A DNA stretch of 64,000 nucleotides from Mobula hypostoma. Taxonomy: Eukaryota. The position numbers and the translations under genes were made by a program. Below, piece after piece: positions 39,195 through 52,642 of the stretch (the stretch's first letter is position 1; the number at the start of each line of letters is the position of its first letter). The notes under the pieces are model-generated. The model did no database searches. It saw only the letters and a list, made by a program, of their open reading frames with translations, and had not been told where the DNA came from. The DNA is taken from the NCBI RefSeq assembly GCF_963921235.1, contig NC_086108.1:113710001-113774000 (forward strand). Direction: 5' to 3'.

Positions 39195-39517
39195 ATGGGC
39201 ACGTGGCCAAGTGGTTAAGACACTGGACTAGCGACCTGAAGGTCATGAGTTCGAGCCCCAGCCAAGGCAACGTGTTGTGTCCTTGAGCAAGGCACTTAAT
39301 CACACATTGCTCTGCGACGACACCGGTGCCAAGCTGTATGGGTCCTAATGCCCTTCCCTTGGACAACATTGGTGTCGTGGAGAGGGGAGACTTGCAGCAT
39401 GGACAACTGCTGGTCTTCCATACAACCTTGCCCAGGCCTGTGCCCTGGAGAGTGAAGACTTTCCAGGTGCAGATCCATGGTCTCGCAAGACTAACGGATG
39501 CCTTTAATAATTAATTA
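39195..39517 (+). mobile_element. tRNA-derived SINE with an RTE-like 3' end
   Basis: A box tggccaagtgg, B box gagttcgagcc. 8-bp TSD ATCGAGGT. Confidence 0.88.
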
Positions 39518-39764
39518 ATCGAGGTCAATGAAAATTTTGTCCTAAATACTGATCATACAGACCAATTCATTACACTGTGCATTGAGGTAGTTCAAAGTAA
39601 AATAAAAATAGAATGCAGAATAAAGTGACTCAGTTACAGAGAAAGTGCAGTGCAGGCTTGCAATAAGGTGCAAAGTTACAAGCCCAAGTGTGAGGTCAAG
39701 TGCTATTTTTATCAAACTAAATGTTCAATAGCAGAATAGAAGCTGTCCTTGAGTCTGGATGGTA

Positions 39765-40853
39765 CAGTGGCATGCAAAATTTTGGGAACCCCTGGTCAAA
39801 ATTTCTGTTACTGTGAATAGTTAAGTGAGTAGAAGGTGAACCGATCTCCAAAAGTCATAAAGTTAAAGATGAAACATTCTTTTCAACATTTTAAGCAATT
39901 ATTTTTGTTTTGTACAATTTTAGAGTGAAAAGAAGGAGCACCATGCAAAAGTTTGGGCACCCCAAGAAATCTGAGCTCTCAGATAACTTTTACCAGCATC
40001 AGAAGTTTGCAAAGGAACAACTAAACAAGCCTGATGCATTTTGGAAACAAGTCCTGTGGACTGATGAAGTTAAAATAGACCTTTTTGGCCACAATGAGCA
40101 AAGGTATGTTTGGAGAAAAAAAGGTGCAGAATTTCATGAAAAGAACACCTCTCCAACCATTAAGCAAGGGGGTGGATCGATCATGCTTTGGGCTTGTGTT
40201 GCAGCCAGTGGCACGGGGAACATTTCACTGGTAGAGAGAAGAATGAATTCAATTAAATACCAGCAAATTCCGGAAGCAAACATCACACCGTCTGTAAAAA
40301 AGCTGAAGGTGAAAAGAGGATGGCTTCTACAACAGGATAATGATCCTAAACATAACTCAAAATTCACAGTGGACTACCTCAAGAGGCGCAACCTGTAGGT
40401 TTTGCCATGGCCCTCACAGACCCCCGACCTAAACATCATCGAATATCTGTGGATAGACCTCAAAGGAGCAATGCATGCAAGACGGCCCAAGAATCTCACA
40501 GACCTAGAAGCCTTTTGCAAGGAAGAATGGGCGAAAATCCCCCAAACAAGAATTGAAAGACTCTTAGCTTGCTACAGAAAGCATTTACAAGCTGTGATAC
40601 TTGCCAAAGAGGGTGTTACTAAGTACTGCCATGCAGGGTGCCCAAACTTTTGCTTCGGGCCCTTTTCCTTATTTGTTATTTTGAAACTGTAAAAGATGGA
40701 AATAAAAATGTAATCTTGCTTAAAATATTAAAGAAATGTGTCATCTTTAACTTTATGCCTTTTGAAAATCAGGTCACCTTTTACTCACTTACTGTGTTAC
40801 TCACACAGTAACAGACATTTTGACCGGGGTGCCCAAACTTTTGCATGCCACTG
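39765..40853 (+). mobile_element. Tc1 (IR/DR type) transposon, internally deleted
   Basis: TIRs cagtggcatgcaaaa and ttttgcatgccactg with inner direct repeats at about 39941 and 40636. Catalytic WTDE, QQDNDPKH and PDLNIIE motifs, with a stop at 40398. DNA-binding domain missing. Confidence 0.92.
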
Positions 40854-41389
40854 TTTGTGTTTTAAAACTTTTGTATTGTTTGCCTAATGTAAGATAGAGA
40901 AGCGAGAATATCCAGGGTGGGTGGGATCTTTGATTGTGTTAGCTGTTTTACCAATGCAGTCAGAAGTACATACAGTTGTCAGAGGGGAGGCTGGTTTCTG
41001 TGATGTGCTGAGTTGCGTCCAGCCGCTCTGCAATTTCTTGTGGTCACGGGCAGAGAAGGTGCCGCACCAAACCAGGTAGAGTGAAGAAGGAGCATGTCCA
41101 CCTTACAAAGTACCCACCCACCCCATTAGGCACTGAACCCATCTGCGATAGAATCTGTGGTTCCCTCATTGCCTTCATCAGCCACTTCAGACTCCATGGA
41201 ACTGCAGTGAAGGCAAGTCATTCTCAATACTAAGGGACTGCTAATGAGAGGAATAATGCAAGGAAGATTTCATTCTTTTGTTTTTAGTTATTATAAAGGT
41301 GTTATACATTTGCAATTTGATGCCATCCTCAATCGATTGTAGATCAGGTACAGTAGTTAATGACAGTGTTAAGCACTCAATCAGAGCGT

Positions 41390-42450
41390 TTCCCTCTGCA
41401 ATTGGACCTTGGACTTTCTGACTAACAGACCCCAATCAGTTAAGTTAGATAACCTCTCTTCCTCCACTCTCACCCTGAACACCAGCGTGCCTCAAGGCTG
41501 TGTGCTGAGCCCTCTTCTGTACTCCCTTTTCACCTATGACTGCGTTTCTGTACATGGTTCTGACTCCATAATCAAGTTCGCAGATGACACCATGGTGGTT
41601 GGTCTGATCAGAGGGGATGATGAGACGGCCTACAGGGACGAGGTCCAGCACGTGGTGTGCCAACAACAACCTGACCCTTAACACCCAGAAGACCAAGGAG
41701 ATCACTGTGGACTTCAGGCATGCCAGGAGTCACACTCACGTCCCCGTCTACATCAACGAAACTGTAGTGGGGCATGTATCAAGCTTCAAATTCCTTGGTG
41801 TCCACAATTTCCGAGGATCTCACCTGGTCCCTGAACCCCTCCATCCTGGTCAAAAAGGTGCAACAGCGCCTTTTTTTCCTGTGGAGCATGAAGAGAGCTC
41901 ACCTCTGTTCCAGGATACTGACGGACTTTTACTGCTGTACCATTGAGAGCATACTCACCAACTGCACCTCAGTGTGGTATGGCAATTGTCCTGTATCAGA
42001 CCGCAAAGCACTCCAGCGTGTGGTGAAACTGCCCAGCGAATTATTGGCACCCAATTGCCCACCATTGAGAACATCTACCATAAACGCTGCCTGGGCAGGG
42101 CGAAAAGCATTATCAGGGATGCATCTCACCCTAACCATGGACTTTTTACTCTCCTCCCATCTGGTAGGCGCTACAGGAGCCTCCGCTCCCGCACCAGCAG
42201 GCACAGGAAGAGCTTCTTCCCTGAGGCTGTGACACTGCTGAACCTCACATCACAGCGCTAAGCAGTATTGCATCCGTATTGTACTGTCTCAGTACTATTT
42301 GTGTGCTGTAGCACTTTTTTTACTTGCAGTTATTTTGTAAATAACACTATTCTTTGCGTTTCTGGTCAGATGCTAAGTGCATTTAATTGGCTTTGTATCT
42401 GTACTCAGCACAATGACAATACAGTTGAATCTAATCCAATCTAATCAATC
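41390..42450 (+). mobile_element. Rex/Babar-type LINE 3' fragment
   Basis: [21 protein letters not shown] and KTKEI motifs. (aatct)n tail. Confidence 0.88.
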
Positions 42451-42594
42451 TGCATTTGGTTTCCCCAGAGTAAAGGAGAACACATTGTGTACATCAGCCA
42501 GGATTCTAGATTCAGAGAAATGTAACTGAACCAGTCACTTTAGCAAGCTCCCTGTAATCCTTCACAGGGAGGGCCATGTGAATTTGGTTAGGTA

Positions 42595-42762
42595 CACACA
42601 AAATACTCTGCAGATGCTGGGGTCAAAGCAACACTCACAACACGCTGGAGGAACTCAGCAGGTCGGGCAGCATCCATGGAAACGATTAGTCAACGTTTCA
42701 GGCCAGAACCCTTTTCGGGATGCTGCCCGACCTGCTGAGTTCCTCCAGTGTGTTGTGAGTGT
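42595..42762. mobile_element. Fold-back PLE-derived short element
   Basis: Inverted arms. 16-bp TSD TGAATTTGGTTAGGTA / TGAATTTGATCAGGTA (2 mismatches). Confidence 0.82.
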
Positions 42763-42874
42763 TGAATTTGATCAGGTATTTGCTGCATGAAGAGTTCTTT
42801 AAAAATAAAACAAGGACTCTTTCCCTCACAAATAACCCTTCGCTCCAGCTGTCAATGGTAGATGTTACTTTTCA

Positions 42875-43410
42875 AATTCAACTTCAGGTTCAGTTTACTG
42901 TCATTCAATCATACATATGTACAGTATACCCCCAAATGAAACAGCATTTCTCCAGACCAAGGTACACACACTGGCTCTTCATGTATGATGAGACCTGCGA
43001 GGTGACAGGGAGTTCAGCAGTCTCATGGCCTAGGGAAAGAAACCATTTCCCATCCTAACAGTCCTTGTCCTGATGCGATGGTACCTCTTCCCTGAGGGTG
43101 AGTTCAAAGAGAGTGTTGGATAGATGGGAGGGATCACTGACAATGCTAAGGACCGTGCGTATGGAGTGCTCTGTTTAAATTATCTTGGATAGAGAAATCT
43201 CAATGATACTCTCAGCAGTCCTCACAGTCCTTTGTAGGCTCTTGCAGTCAGATGCATACCAGACGATGGTGCACTGGTCAACAGACTTTCAATGAGCTCC
43301 TATAAAAACTGGTTAGAATGGTATGGGGGAGGGGAGCCTAGCTCACCCCAATCTCCTCAGGAAATGGAGATGCTACTACGCTTTCTTTACTAAAAAGGTG
43401 GTGTTGAGAT
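42875..43410 (-). mobile_element. Rex/Babar-type LINE 3' fragment, old
   Basis: Similar to 33450-33900. Confidence 0.6.
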
Positions 43411-43511
43411 CCCCTCATTCTACTTAATTCCTCTCAGTTCCAGTGTTTTCAATATCATGACCTCACCGAATGCAACAGCTTATTCCAAGACTTAAACAAT
43501 AGCTGACTGAC

Positions 43512-43684
43512 CTGATTGAAGGCTGAAGAAGAGGTCCTCATCCTCCAGTAATTCTTGGACACAGTCCAATCTCGTGTTAATAGTCTCCACATCAACAAGA
43601 GGCTCCAATATATTTGAACGAAGCCTGCGACTCCCTCCAGCTGTCTTTGTGTAATTCAGGACTCCAAAAAGTGTGTGATTATTT
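43512..43684 (-). CDS. MSH4: MSH4 internal coding exon, 173 bp ([58 protein letters not shown])
   Basis: Peptide closely matches vertebrate MutS homolog 4. Acceptor ttttgcag| and donor |gtcagt on the minus strand. Phase is compatible with the next exon. Confidence 0.95.
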
Positions 43685-44129
43685 CTGCAAAACAATTGCA
43701 AAGCATTTCACTTTTGAAAGAGATAAATGATAATGCAATGAAGCATAAAGAACAGGAAGCCAGTCAGCTTCACAAACCAACGTATCTTCTTTCAGGAACT
43801 TTTTGTTTGCCTACAGACAAATCCTGACACTTAGTTGAAAATTCATGGACAATCCAGTAGTGGAGAGAGGGGAAGCAATTTAATTAGTTTTATCAGATAG
43901 ATGCATTGTCAGAAATAGATAGAGATAAAAACAGCTAAAAAAATAAGAAATGTGATAAGTAAAAAAATGATGCACAATACAACAGATACCAAATATTATT
44001 TGATATAAAATGATGATGCCAAGAAACAAAATAATGACAGACAGAAAGAAAAGTGGAGGTTCTGATGGTGGTGGAAGAGTATTGTAGAAGGTATGTCTAT
44101 GAGGGTTCACAATCATCCAGGTCATTGTA

Positions 44130-44638
44130 TATCAAGGCAATTGGACTTTGCTATGTTGTCTACAAGACGTTTTGTCACTCATCCAATAGGCTTCTCCAGT
44201 TCTAATCCATGATGGGTAGTTTTCCAGTTTATAAACTCTGTGAGTTGTTCAAAGGTATAGCACTCACCTGAGGATTGTTAAGAGTCATTGTCTTAATTTT
44301 GCATGAATGGAGGTGTGAACTGTTGTGGAGACGCCAGGGTAGAGATGTTAGGACTGTATTGTAAGTAGCGCATAGGTAGTGTTGTACCCCACCCCCTCTG
44401 TTCAGGGATGGGTTTTCCAGTTTGACAAAGGTGGCATCTTTAACCTCTCTTTGAAACCACCTCTCCCTCCTGACCAAAATGTGCACATTATCATCAAAGG
44501 AATGTCTCTTGTCCTTTAGGTGTAGATATACAGCCAGATCTTGGCCTGAGGTGTTAGCGCTCCTATAACATGGGAGGGCTAACACTTCAGGTCAAGACTC
44601 AGCTCTATAAAATACACATAATTATAGACACACACACA

Positions 44639-44681
<43 letters not shown>

Positions 44682-44882
44682 ATAATTATGTGTATTTTAT
44701 AGAGCTGAGTCTTGACCTCTTTATAGAGTTTTATAAAGCTGAGTCTTGACCTGAAGTGTTAGCCCTCCCATGTTATAGGAGCCTAACACCTCAGGCCAAG
44801 ACCTGGCTGTATATCTACACCTAAAGGACAAGAGCCATTCCTTTGATGATAATGTGCACATTTTGGTCAGGAAGGAGAGGTG
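44130..44882 (-). mobile_element. Second-family PLE 3' fragment (GIY-YIG C-terminus), partly duplicated as a palindrome
   Basis: AVYLHL..HSFD....WFQR.VKD...ENPSLNRGGG. Degenerate hammerhead-like ctggagaagcc...gacaaaacgtc on the minus strand at about 44165-44205. Confidence 0.75.
44628..44680. repeat. (CA)n-CG-(TG)n microsatellite at the palindrome centre
   Basis: Seen directly in the sequence. Confidence 0.9.
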
Positions 44883-45814
44883 TGTGTGTGTTCCTCCAGC
44901 ACACTGTATGTGTATCTAGTGTATCTACAGAGGAAAATAAACAGTTGTTTTGGGCCAAGAACCTTTATCGGGGTCATCTTAGCTGCTAATTGCTAATTGT
45001 CTTATTATTAGTGCTTATACTGAGATACAGAGAACAGCTTTTGTTTTGTATGTCATCCAGACAGATCATTTGTATTTCAAGGCTCTACAAAACGGAAAAA
45101 GTATTATCAGAATACAGAATATGATGTCATAGCAACAGAGGAAGTGCAGTGTGGGCAGACCATAAGGTACAAGGGTCATAGTGAGGTACAGCAGGAGATC
45201 AGTGTTCGTCTTTGTCATACAGAAGGTCTGTTCAATAGTCATAGAGCACTACAGCAAAAAAAAAACAGGCCTTTTGGTCCATACAGTCCATGCTGAACTG
45301 TTATTCTGTTTAGTTCCATCAACCCAAACCAGGACCATAGCCCTGCATAACTCTGTTATCCATGTACTTCTTCAAATTTTTCTAAGTGAAGACATTCCCC
45401 TGAAATGTTCCACCTTTCACTCTTAACCCATGACTTTTAATTGTGTCACCCAACCTCTGTAGAAAAAGCTTGCTTCCATTAATCCTCATCATTTATATAA
45501 TAGCAATTCTTGAGCCCAATGGGACGTGCTTTCAGGCTTTTATATGTTCTACCCAATGGGAGGGTGGAGAAGAGTGATTGATGGCAGAGCAGAGTTGGCT
45601 AAAGTTTCTGAAAATAGTTCACAAGGTGCAGGACAGGTATGGCCCACAGAGAAAGTAGTTCTCAAATGGCAGGGTTAGGAAACCATGGCTGACAAGGGAA
45701 ACTAAGGACTGCATTAAAACCAAGGAAAGGGCATATGAGGTAGCAGAAGTGAGTGGGAAGCTGGATCATAGGGAAACTTTTAAAATCCAACAAAATATTT
45801 AAAATATTTAAAAT

Positions 45815-47617
45815 GTCACTGTCTACGGGTGAGGTGCCAGAGGATTGGAGAGTAGCTCATGTTGTTCCGTTGTTTAAAAAAGGATAGAAAAGTAATCCGG
45901 GAAATTATAGGCCGGTAAGTTTAACGTCGGTAGTAGGTAAGTTATTGGAGAGAGTAATAAGAGACAGAATCTAGAAGTATTTGGATAGAGAGGGACTTAT
46001 TAGGGAGAGTCAACATGGCTTTGTGCGTGGTAGGTCATGTTTGACCAATCTATTGGAGTTTTTTGAGGAGGTTACCAGGAAAGTGGATGAAGGGAAGGCA
46101 GTGGATATTGTCTACATGGATTTCAGTAAGGCCTTTGACAAGGTCCCGCATGGGAGGTTAGTTAGGAAAATTCAGTCACTAGGTATACATGGAGAGGTGG
46201 TAAATTGGATTAGACATTGGCTCAATGGAAGAAGCCAAAGAGTTGTAGTAGAGAATTGCTTCTCTGAGTGGAGGCCGTGACTAGTGGTGTGCCACAGGGA
46301 TCAGTGCTGGGTCCATTGTTATTTGTCATCTATATCAATGATCTGGATGATAATGTGGTAAATTGGATCAGCAAATTTGCTGACGATACAAAGATTGGAG
46401 GTAGAAACATAGAAACATAGAAAATAGGTGCAGGAGTAGGCCATTCGGCCCTTCGAGCCTGCACCCCCATTTATTATGATCATGGCTGATCATCCAACTC
46501 AGAACCCTGCACCAGCCTTCCCTCCATACCCCCTGATCCCCGTAGCCACAAGGGCCATATCTAACTCCCTCTTAAATATAGCCAATGAACTGGCCTCAAC
46601 TGTTTCCTGTGGCAGAGAATTCCACAGATTCACTACTCTCTGTGTGAAGAAGTTTTTCCTAATCTCGGTCCTAAAAGGCTTCCCCTTTATCCTCAAACTG
46701 TGACCCCTCGTTCTGGAGGTGTAGTAGACAGTGAGGAAGGTTTTCAAAGCCTGCAGAGGGACTTGGACCAGCTGGAAAAATGGGCTGAAAAATGGCAGAT
46801 GGAGTTTAATACAGACAAGTGTGAGGTATTGCACGTTGGAAGGACAAACTAAGGTAGAACATACAGGGTTAATGGTAAGGCACTGAGGAGTGCAGTAGAA
46901 CAGAGGGATCTGGGAATACAGGTACAAAATTCCCTAAAAGTGGCGTCACAGCTAGATAGGGTAGATAGGGTCGTAAAGAGAGCTTTTGGTACATTGGCCT
47001 TTATTAATCAAAGTATTGAGAATAAGAGCTGGAATGTTATGATGAGGTTGTATAAGGCATTGGTGAGGCCGAATCTGGAGTATTGTGTTCAGTTTTGGTC
47101 ACCAAATTACAGGAAGGATATAAATAAGTTTGAAAGAGTGTAGAGAAAGTTTACAAGGATGTTGCCGGGACTTGAGAAACTCAGTTACAGGGAAAGGTTG
47201 AATAGGTTAGGAATTTATTCCCTGGAGCGTAGAAGAATGAGGGGAGATTTGATAGAGGTATATAAAATTATGATGGGTATAGATAGGGTGAATGCAAGCA
47301 GGCTTTTTCCACTGAGGCAAGGGGAGAAAAAAACAGAGGACATGGGTTAAGGGTGAGGGGGGAAAAGTTTAAAGGGAACATTAGGCGGGGGCTTCTTCAC
47401 ACAGAGAGTGGTGGGAGTATGGAATGAGCTGCCAGATGAGGTGGTAAGTGCGGGTTCTTTTTTAACATTTAAGAATAAATTGGACAGATACATGGATGGG
47501 AGGTGTATGGAGGGATATGGTCCATGTGCAGGTCAGTGGGACTAGGCAGAAAATGGTTCGGCACAGCCAAGAAGGGCCAAAAGGCCTGTTTCTGTGCTGT
47601 AGTTTCTATGGTTTCTA
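45815..47617 (+). mobile_element. CR1 LINE (RT and 3' end) inserted in an older CR1
   Basis: ORFs 45981-46280 and 46940-47350. (tttctatgg)n tail. The older CR1 resumes after 47618. Confidence 0.9.
46403..46713 (-). mobile_element. CR1 3' end inserted inside a CR1
   Basis: 7-bp TSD TGGAGGT. Near-identical to the reverse complement of about 15553-15865. Confidence 0.9.
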
Positions 47618-49461
47618 AAAGCCAACTAAAACAGCTATCAGAAGGGAAAAGATGAAAACTAACCATAATGTAAAGCAGGATACTAGAAGTTTTTTCAGTT
47701 ATACAAAGAGTAAAAGGGAGGTGAGAGTGGATAATGGACCACTGGAAAATGATGCTTGTGAGGTAGTAATGGGAGACAAAGAAATGTCAGATGAACTTAA
47801 TGGGTACTTTGCATCCGTCTTCACTGTGAAAGACACTAGCAGTGTGCCAGAGATCCGCGAGTATCAGGGAACAGGAGTGAATGCCATTGCTATTACAAAG
47901 GAAAGAGTGCTAGGCAAACTCAAAGGTGGCTAAGACACCTGGACCAGATGGACTATAGCCTAGAGTCCTGAATGAGATTGCTGAAGAGATAACCAATACA
48001 TTGGTCATGATTTTTCAAGAATCACTTGATTCTGGCATGGTCCCAGAGGGCTGGAAGATTGCAAATGTCATTCCACTCTTTAAGAAGGGAGGAAGGCAAA
48101 AGAAAGGAAATTACAGGTCAGTTAGCCACACTTCACTGGTTGGGGAAGTGTTGGAATCTATTATTAAGGGTGAGGTTTTGGATACTTGAAGACTAATGAT
48201 AAAATAAGCATGGTTTCTGAAAAGGGAAATTTTGCCTGACAAATCTGTTAAGAGTTCTTTGAGGAAGTAACAAGCAGCGTGGACAAAGGAGAGGCAGTGA
48301 ATGTCATTTACTTACATTTTCAGAAGGCAGCTGATAAGGTGCCATGCATGAGGCTGCTTAACAAGATAAAGTTCCATGGCGTTACAGGAAAGATACTGGC
48401 ATGGATAGAGGAATGGCTGACATGCAGGAGGCAATGAGTGGGAATAAAAGGGGCCTTTTCTGGTTGGCTGCTGGTGACTAGTGGTGTTCCTCAGACGTCA
48501 GTATTGGGACTACTCCATTTCACATTGTTTGTCTATGATTTAGATAATGGGATTGATGGCTTTGTGGCAAAGTTCGTGGATGATAGAAAGATAGGTGGAG
48601 GGGTAGGTAGTGCTGAGGAAGCAACGCAATTACAGCAAGACTTAGATAAATTGGAAGAATGGGCAAAAAAGTGGCAGATGGAACTGTTGGGAAATGTATG
48701 ATAATGCATTTCGGTAAAAAGAACAATAGTGCAGAATGTTATCTACACGGGGAGAAGGTTCAAACACCAGAGGTGCAGAGGAACCAGAAGGTTAATTTAC
48801 AGGTTGAGTCTGAGGTAAAGAAGGCAAATGCAATGTTAGCATTTGTATCAAAGGGAATAGAATATAAAAGCAAGGAAATAATGCTAAGGCTTTATAAGAC
48901 ACTAGTCAGGCTGCAGAGGAGTATTGGCAACAGTTTTGGGCTCCATGTCTCAGCAAGAGTGTGTTGTCATTGGAGAGAGTCCAGAGGAGGTTCACGAGGA
49001 TGACTCCAGGAATGAAGGGGTTAACATATGAGGAGCATTTGGCAACTTTAGGCCAGTACTCACTGCAATTTAGAAGAATGCTTGGGGATCTCATTGAAAC
49101 CTATGGAATGTTTAAAGGACTAAATAGTGTGGATGTGGAGAGGATGTTTCCCTTCCTGGGTGAATCTAGAACTAGAGGACAAAACCTTAAAACTGAGGGG
49201 TGACCTTTTAGAACAGAGTTAAGGATTTTTTTTAAGCCAGAGGAGTAAATCTGTGGAATGCTCTACCACAGATTATGGTAGAGGCCAGATCTGTGCATAT
49301 ACTTAAGACAGAAGTTGATATTTCCTGATCAGTCAGGGTATCAAAGGATATGGCGAGAAGGCAGGTGTATGGGGTGAGTGGGATCCTGGATCAGCCATGA
49401 TGGAATGGTGAAGCAGATTCAATGGGCTGAATGGCCTAATTCTACTTGTATGTCTTATGGT
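47618..49461 (+). mobile_element. Older degraded CR1 LINE (5' part at about 45590-45800)
   Basis: YFASVFT, FKKGGR and SGVPQ motifs with many stops and frameshifts. Confidence 0.88.
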
Positions 49462-51885
49462 CAAATGCCTGATCAAGTTCACCTAGCCCTCGCTAATGCA
49501 CCCATGAAGGACTATAGGGAGCTTGCTAAAATGGCTGACAGTCTACACTCAGCTAGGCAGTGGCGCATCATTCCTCTTCCTTTCTCTACCTCAATAAGCC
49601 TGGTCAGCAAGGCCCTCAACATAAGGATGCCCACGGCTACAAAACAATGCCGAACCTCTGTATATATCACGCTCACTTTGGCATGAACACGAGGAAATGC
49701 TGACCACTTTTAAGCTTTGACACTGCCAGCACATCAGAGATCTGCGAATGCTGTGGGTTTCAGCTGTCAGGGTTGTCTACTGTTCATTAAGGACACCCTT
49801 TTAGGGTGACACTTTCTGTGTGGCGCAGGTGTTCAAGTGAGCGTACTACTGGCATCGCCTATTGATGAGAAGGCAAAGAGTGACAAAACCTCATAGGAGG
49901 CCGTCAACGGGGGCAAGATCCAGACTTACGTGACACGACAGGGGACATTCTGCTTCAGTGGGCGACGTTACACATGGTGGCTAGACCTCTGCTCAGTGCA
50001 GATTTCCTGCGTGCCCGAAGATTATTAGTCAATCTTAAGAAATGCTGGCTTGTGGATGTCAAAGGTTTTGAGTCGTAACCCTGCTCCCCTAGTAACTTCC
50101 CCACAATGACTGAGTTTGTCTGACTGCTGGACAAATTCCCAAACGTCACCAAGTCCACTTTCTCCACTACAGTCATAAAACATGGGGCTAAGCATCAAAT
50201 TTCTACAACTAGCCTGCCAGTCCATGCCTGCACATGTTGACTGGACCCAGAAAAGCTAGGAACCATGAAGGCTGTGTTTTCCAACATGGAAAGACTTGGC
50301 ATCGTATGCCAGTTGAATAGCCCCTGGGCTTCGCCCCTCCATATGGTGGTTGCAGCCTATGTGGCAGCTACCAACTCCAAAAACCAGGTCACCACCCCTG
50401 ATTGTTACCCATTCCCACACATCTAAGACTTTTCAGCTCATTTAGCCAGAAAGTTGATATTTACTTAATTTGATCAAGTTAGGGGCCACCAGCAAGTATC
50501 TGTGTGCTTGGAAGACATTCCCAAAATGGCTATGACAACCCTGTTTGGTCTCTTTGAGTTTCTGCACATGCTATTTGGGCTGAAAAATCTTGGATTCTGT
50601 ATTAAAAGATTTAAGATTTTCTTTTTTGTTTACCCGGATGACATAATTGTCGCCAATGCATCCTAATCTGAACACATATTTAATCTCCACACACGTTGAG
50701 TGCTTACGCCAACAAGGGTTGATTAATAACCCTGCTAAGTGCCAGTTTGGGTTGTCAAGCATTGACTTTCTCAGCCATCACATCTCTGCAGAAGTGTGAA
50801 ACCCCTCCCATCAAAAGTAGCCACTATTATGGATTTCCTACCACCCCGCACTACTGAAAAACAAAAGGGGCTTTTAGGCATGAATTACAGTCACCACTTT
50901 ATTCCGTGAGCTGCTGAACTTATGCTGTCCTGTATAATGCGCTTAAAGGTAATACCCTTAATCACAGGCTTGATGGGTCAGCATACATGACCAGGGCATT
51001 TGATGATACCACACAACCTCGTTCCAACGCGACCCTACTGGTGCACCTGCCTGCCAATGCACCTATAGCCATACTACTGATGCTTCCGACTATGCTCTGG
51101 GTCCTGTGCATGAACAGTTGGTTGAAGGCGTGTAGTAGCCCTCACCTTCTTCAGCTGGCAGCTCCATTTTCTGCTGAAAGGAAGTACAGCAGATTTGACC
51201 ATGAGCTTCTTGGTCTCTATCTGGCTGTCTGCCATTCTCATTTTTTTCCAGAAGGGTGCCATTTCACAGCGTCTGTTGACCATAAATTCACATGCATGTG
51301 ATGGCCAAACTATCAGACTTTTGGTCTGCACAGCAGCAACGCCAACTGGCCTACATATCAGAGTTCAGAACTGATATACAATATATCAAGGGTAAAAATA
51401 ACGCCATGGCTGATACTTCCTCTGACCGTGGTCCCCAATTCATATCAGACTTTTGGACTGAGAAGGCACAGAACCGTGGCATTAAGCTACATCACACCAC
51501 GGCGTATCACTCACAGTACAGTGGCCTATGCAAGCAGTTTTCCCATTCTTTAAAGGATGCTCTGAAGGCTTCCCTTTAGGATAAGTGTTGGCATGCTTGA
51601 CTCCTGTGGGTCCTGCTGGGGCTCAGAGCAACTCCAAAAGAGGACCTGCAGTTGTCTGTGGCTGAGTTGGTACAGGGACAGCTATATTGAGTGCCGGGTG
51701 ATTTTATTCCTGGCACCATGACTGCCTTAGTTGGCCTCTCAACGGCATTCCACCCTCCTCAGTAAATTCAACCCCTTTGCACCAGTTCCTACCTCCCATC
51801 ATGGTGTACAGCACTCTTGAGTTCCAATTGACCAACATTTCACCTTGTTTTTTTGGTCTGCCATGACCCACACATGGTCCTTTTA
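49462..51885 (+). mobile_element. Heavily degraded Gypsy gag-pol remnant
   Basis: NSPWASPLHMV (about 50315), TDASDYA (about 51075), QQRQLAYISEF, SDRGPQF and HHTTAYH motifs. No LTRs recognised. Confidence 0.8.
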
Positions 51886-52350
51886 CATAAGAACATAAGA
51901 AATAGGGGCAGAAGTAGGCCATCTGGCCCGTCAAGCCTGCTCCACCATTCAATAAGACGATGGCTGATCTGGCCATGGACTCATCTCCACCTACCTGCCT
52001 TCTCCCCATCACCCTTAATTCCCCAATTATGCTAAAATTTATCCAACCTTGTCTTAAATGTATTTACTAAGGAGCTTCCACTGCTTCATTGGGCAGAGAA
52101 TTCCACAGATTCACCACTCTCTGGGAAAAACAGTTCCTCATCCCCATCATAAATCTTGAGGCTATGTTCCCTAGTTCTAGTCTCACCTACCAGTGGAAAC
52201 AACTTTCCTGCCTCTATCTTATCTATCCCTTTCATAATTTTATATGTTTCCATAAGATCTCCTTTCATTCATCTGAATTACAGTGAGTACAGTCCCAGGC
52301 GACTCAATTTCTCCTCATAGTGTAACCCCTCACATCTGGAATCAACCTGG
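51886..52350 (-). mobile_element. CR1 3' fragment
   Basis: (cataagaa)n tail and GDLMETYKIMKG motif. Confidence 0.85.
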
Positions 52351-52642
52351 TTCCTCTGAACTGTAAACTTAAATTTTGCCAGACCAAATAATCACACCGC
52401 ACACAAGTCTTTACTTTAACCTTTTCACTAGTTTATTGTTCGAGCTCAGCCGGCGAGAAAACTCGAAGCCGAACATCAAAGAGACAGAGTTTCTACCTGC
52501 CTCTCTGGCAGCTCAAACGAGCTTCTGATTTAACAAGCTGGAATGCTACAATTTATAGGACTAACAGACAAAGAACACTTAGTTACCCTGATATTCCCAC
52601 CAAGTCAGTTAGAGCAAACTTAATTAATTAGATAAGAGAGTA

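Noticed and set aside
39195..39270. tRNA gene
   Set aside because: A and B boxes continue into a SINE body, tail and TSD, with a second copy in the window.
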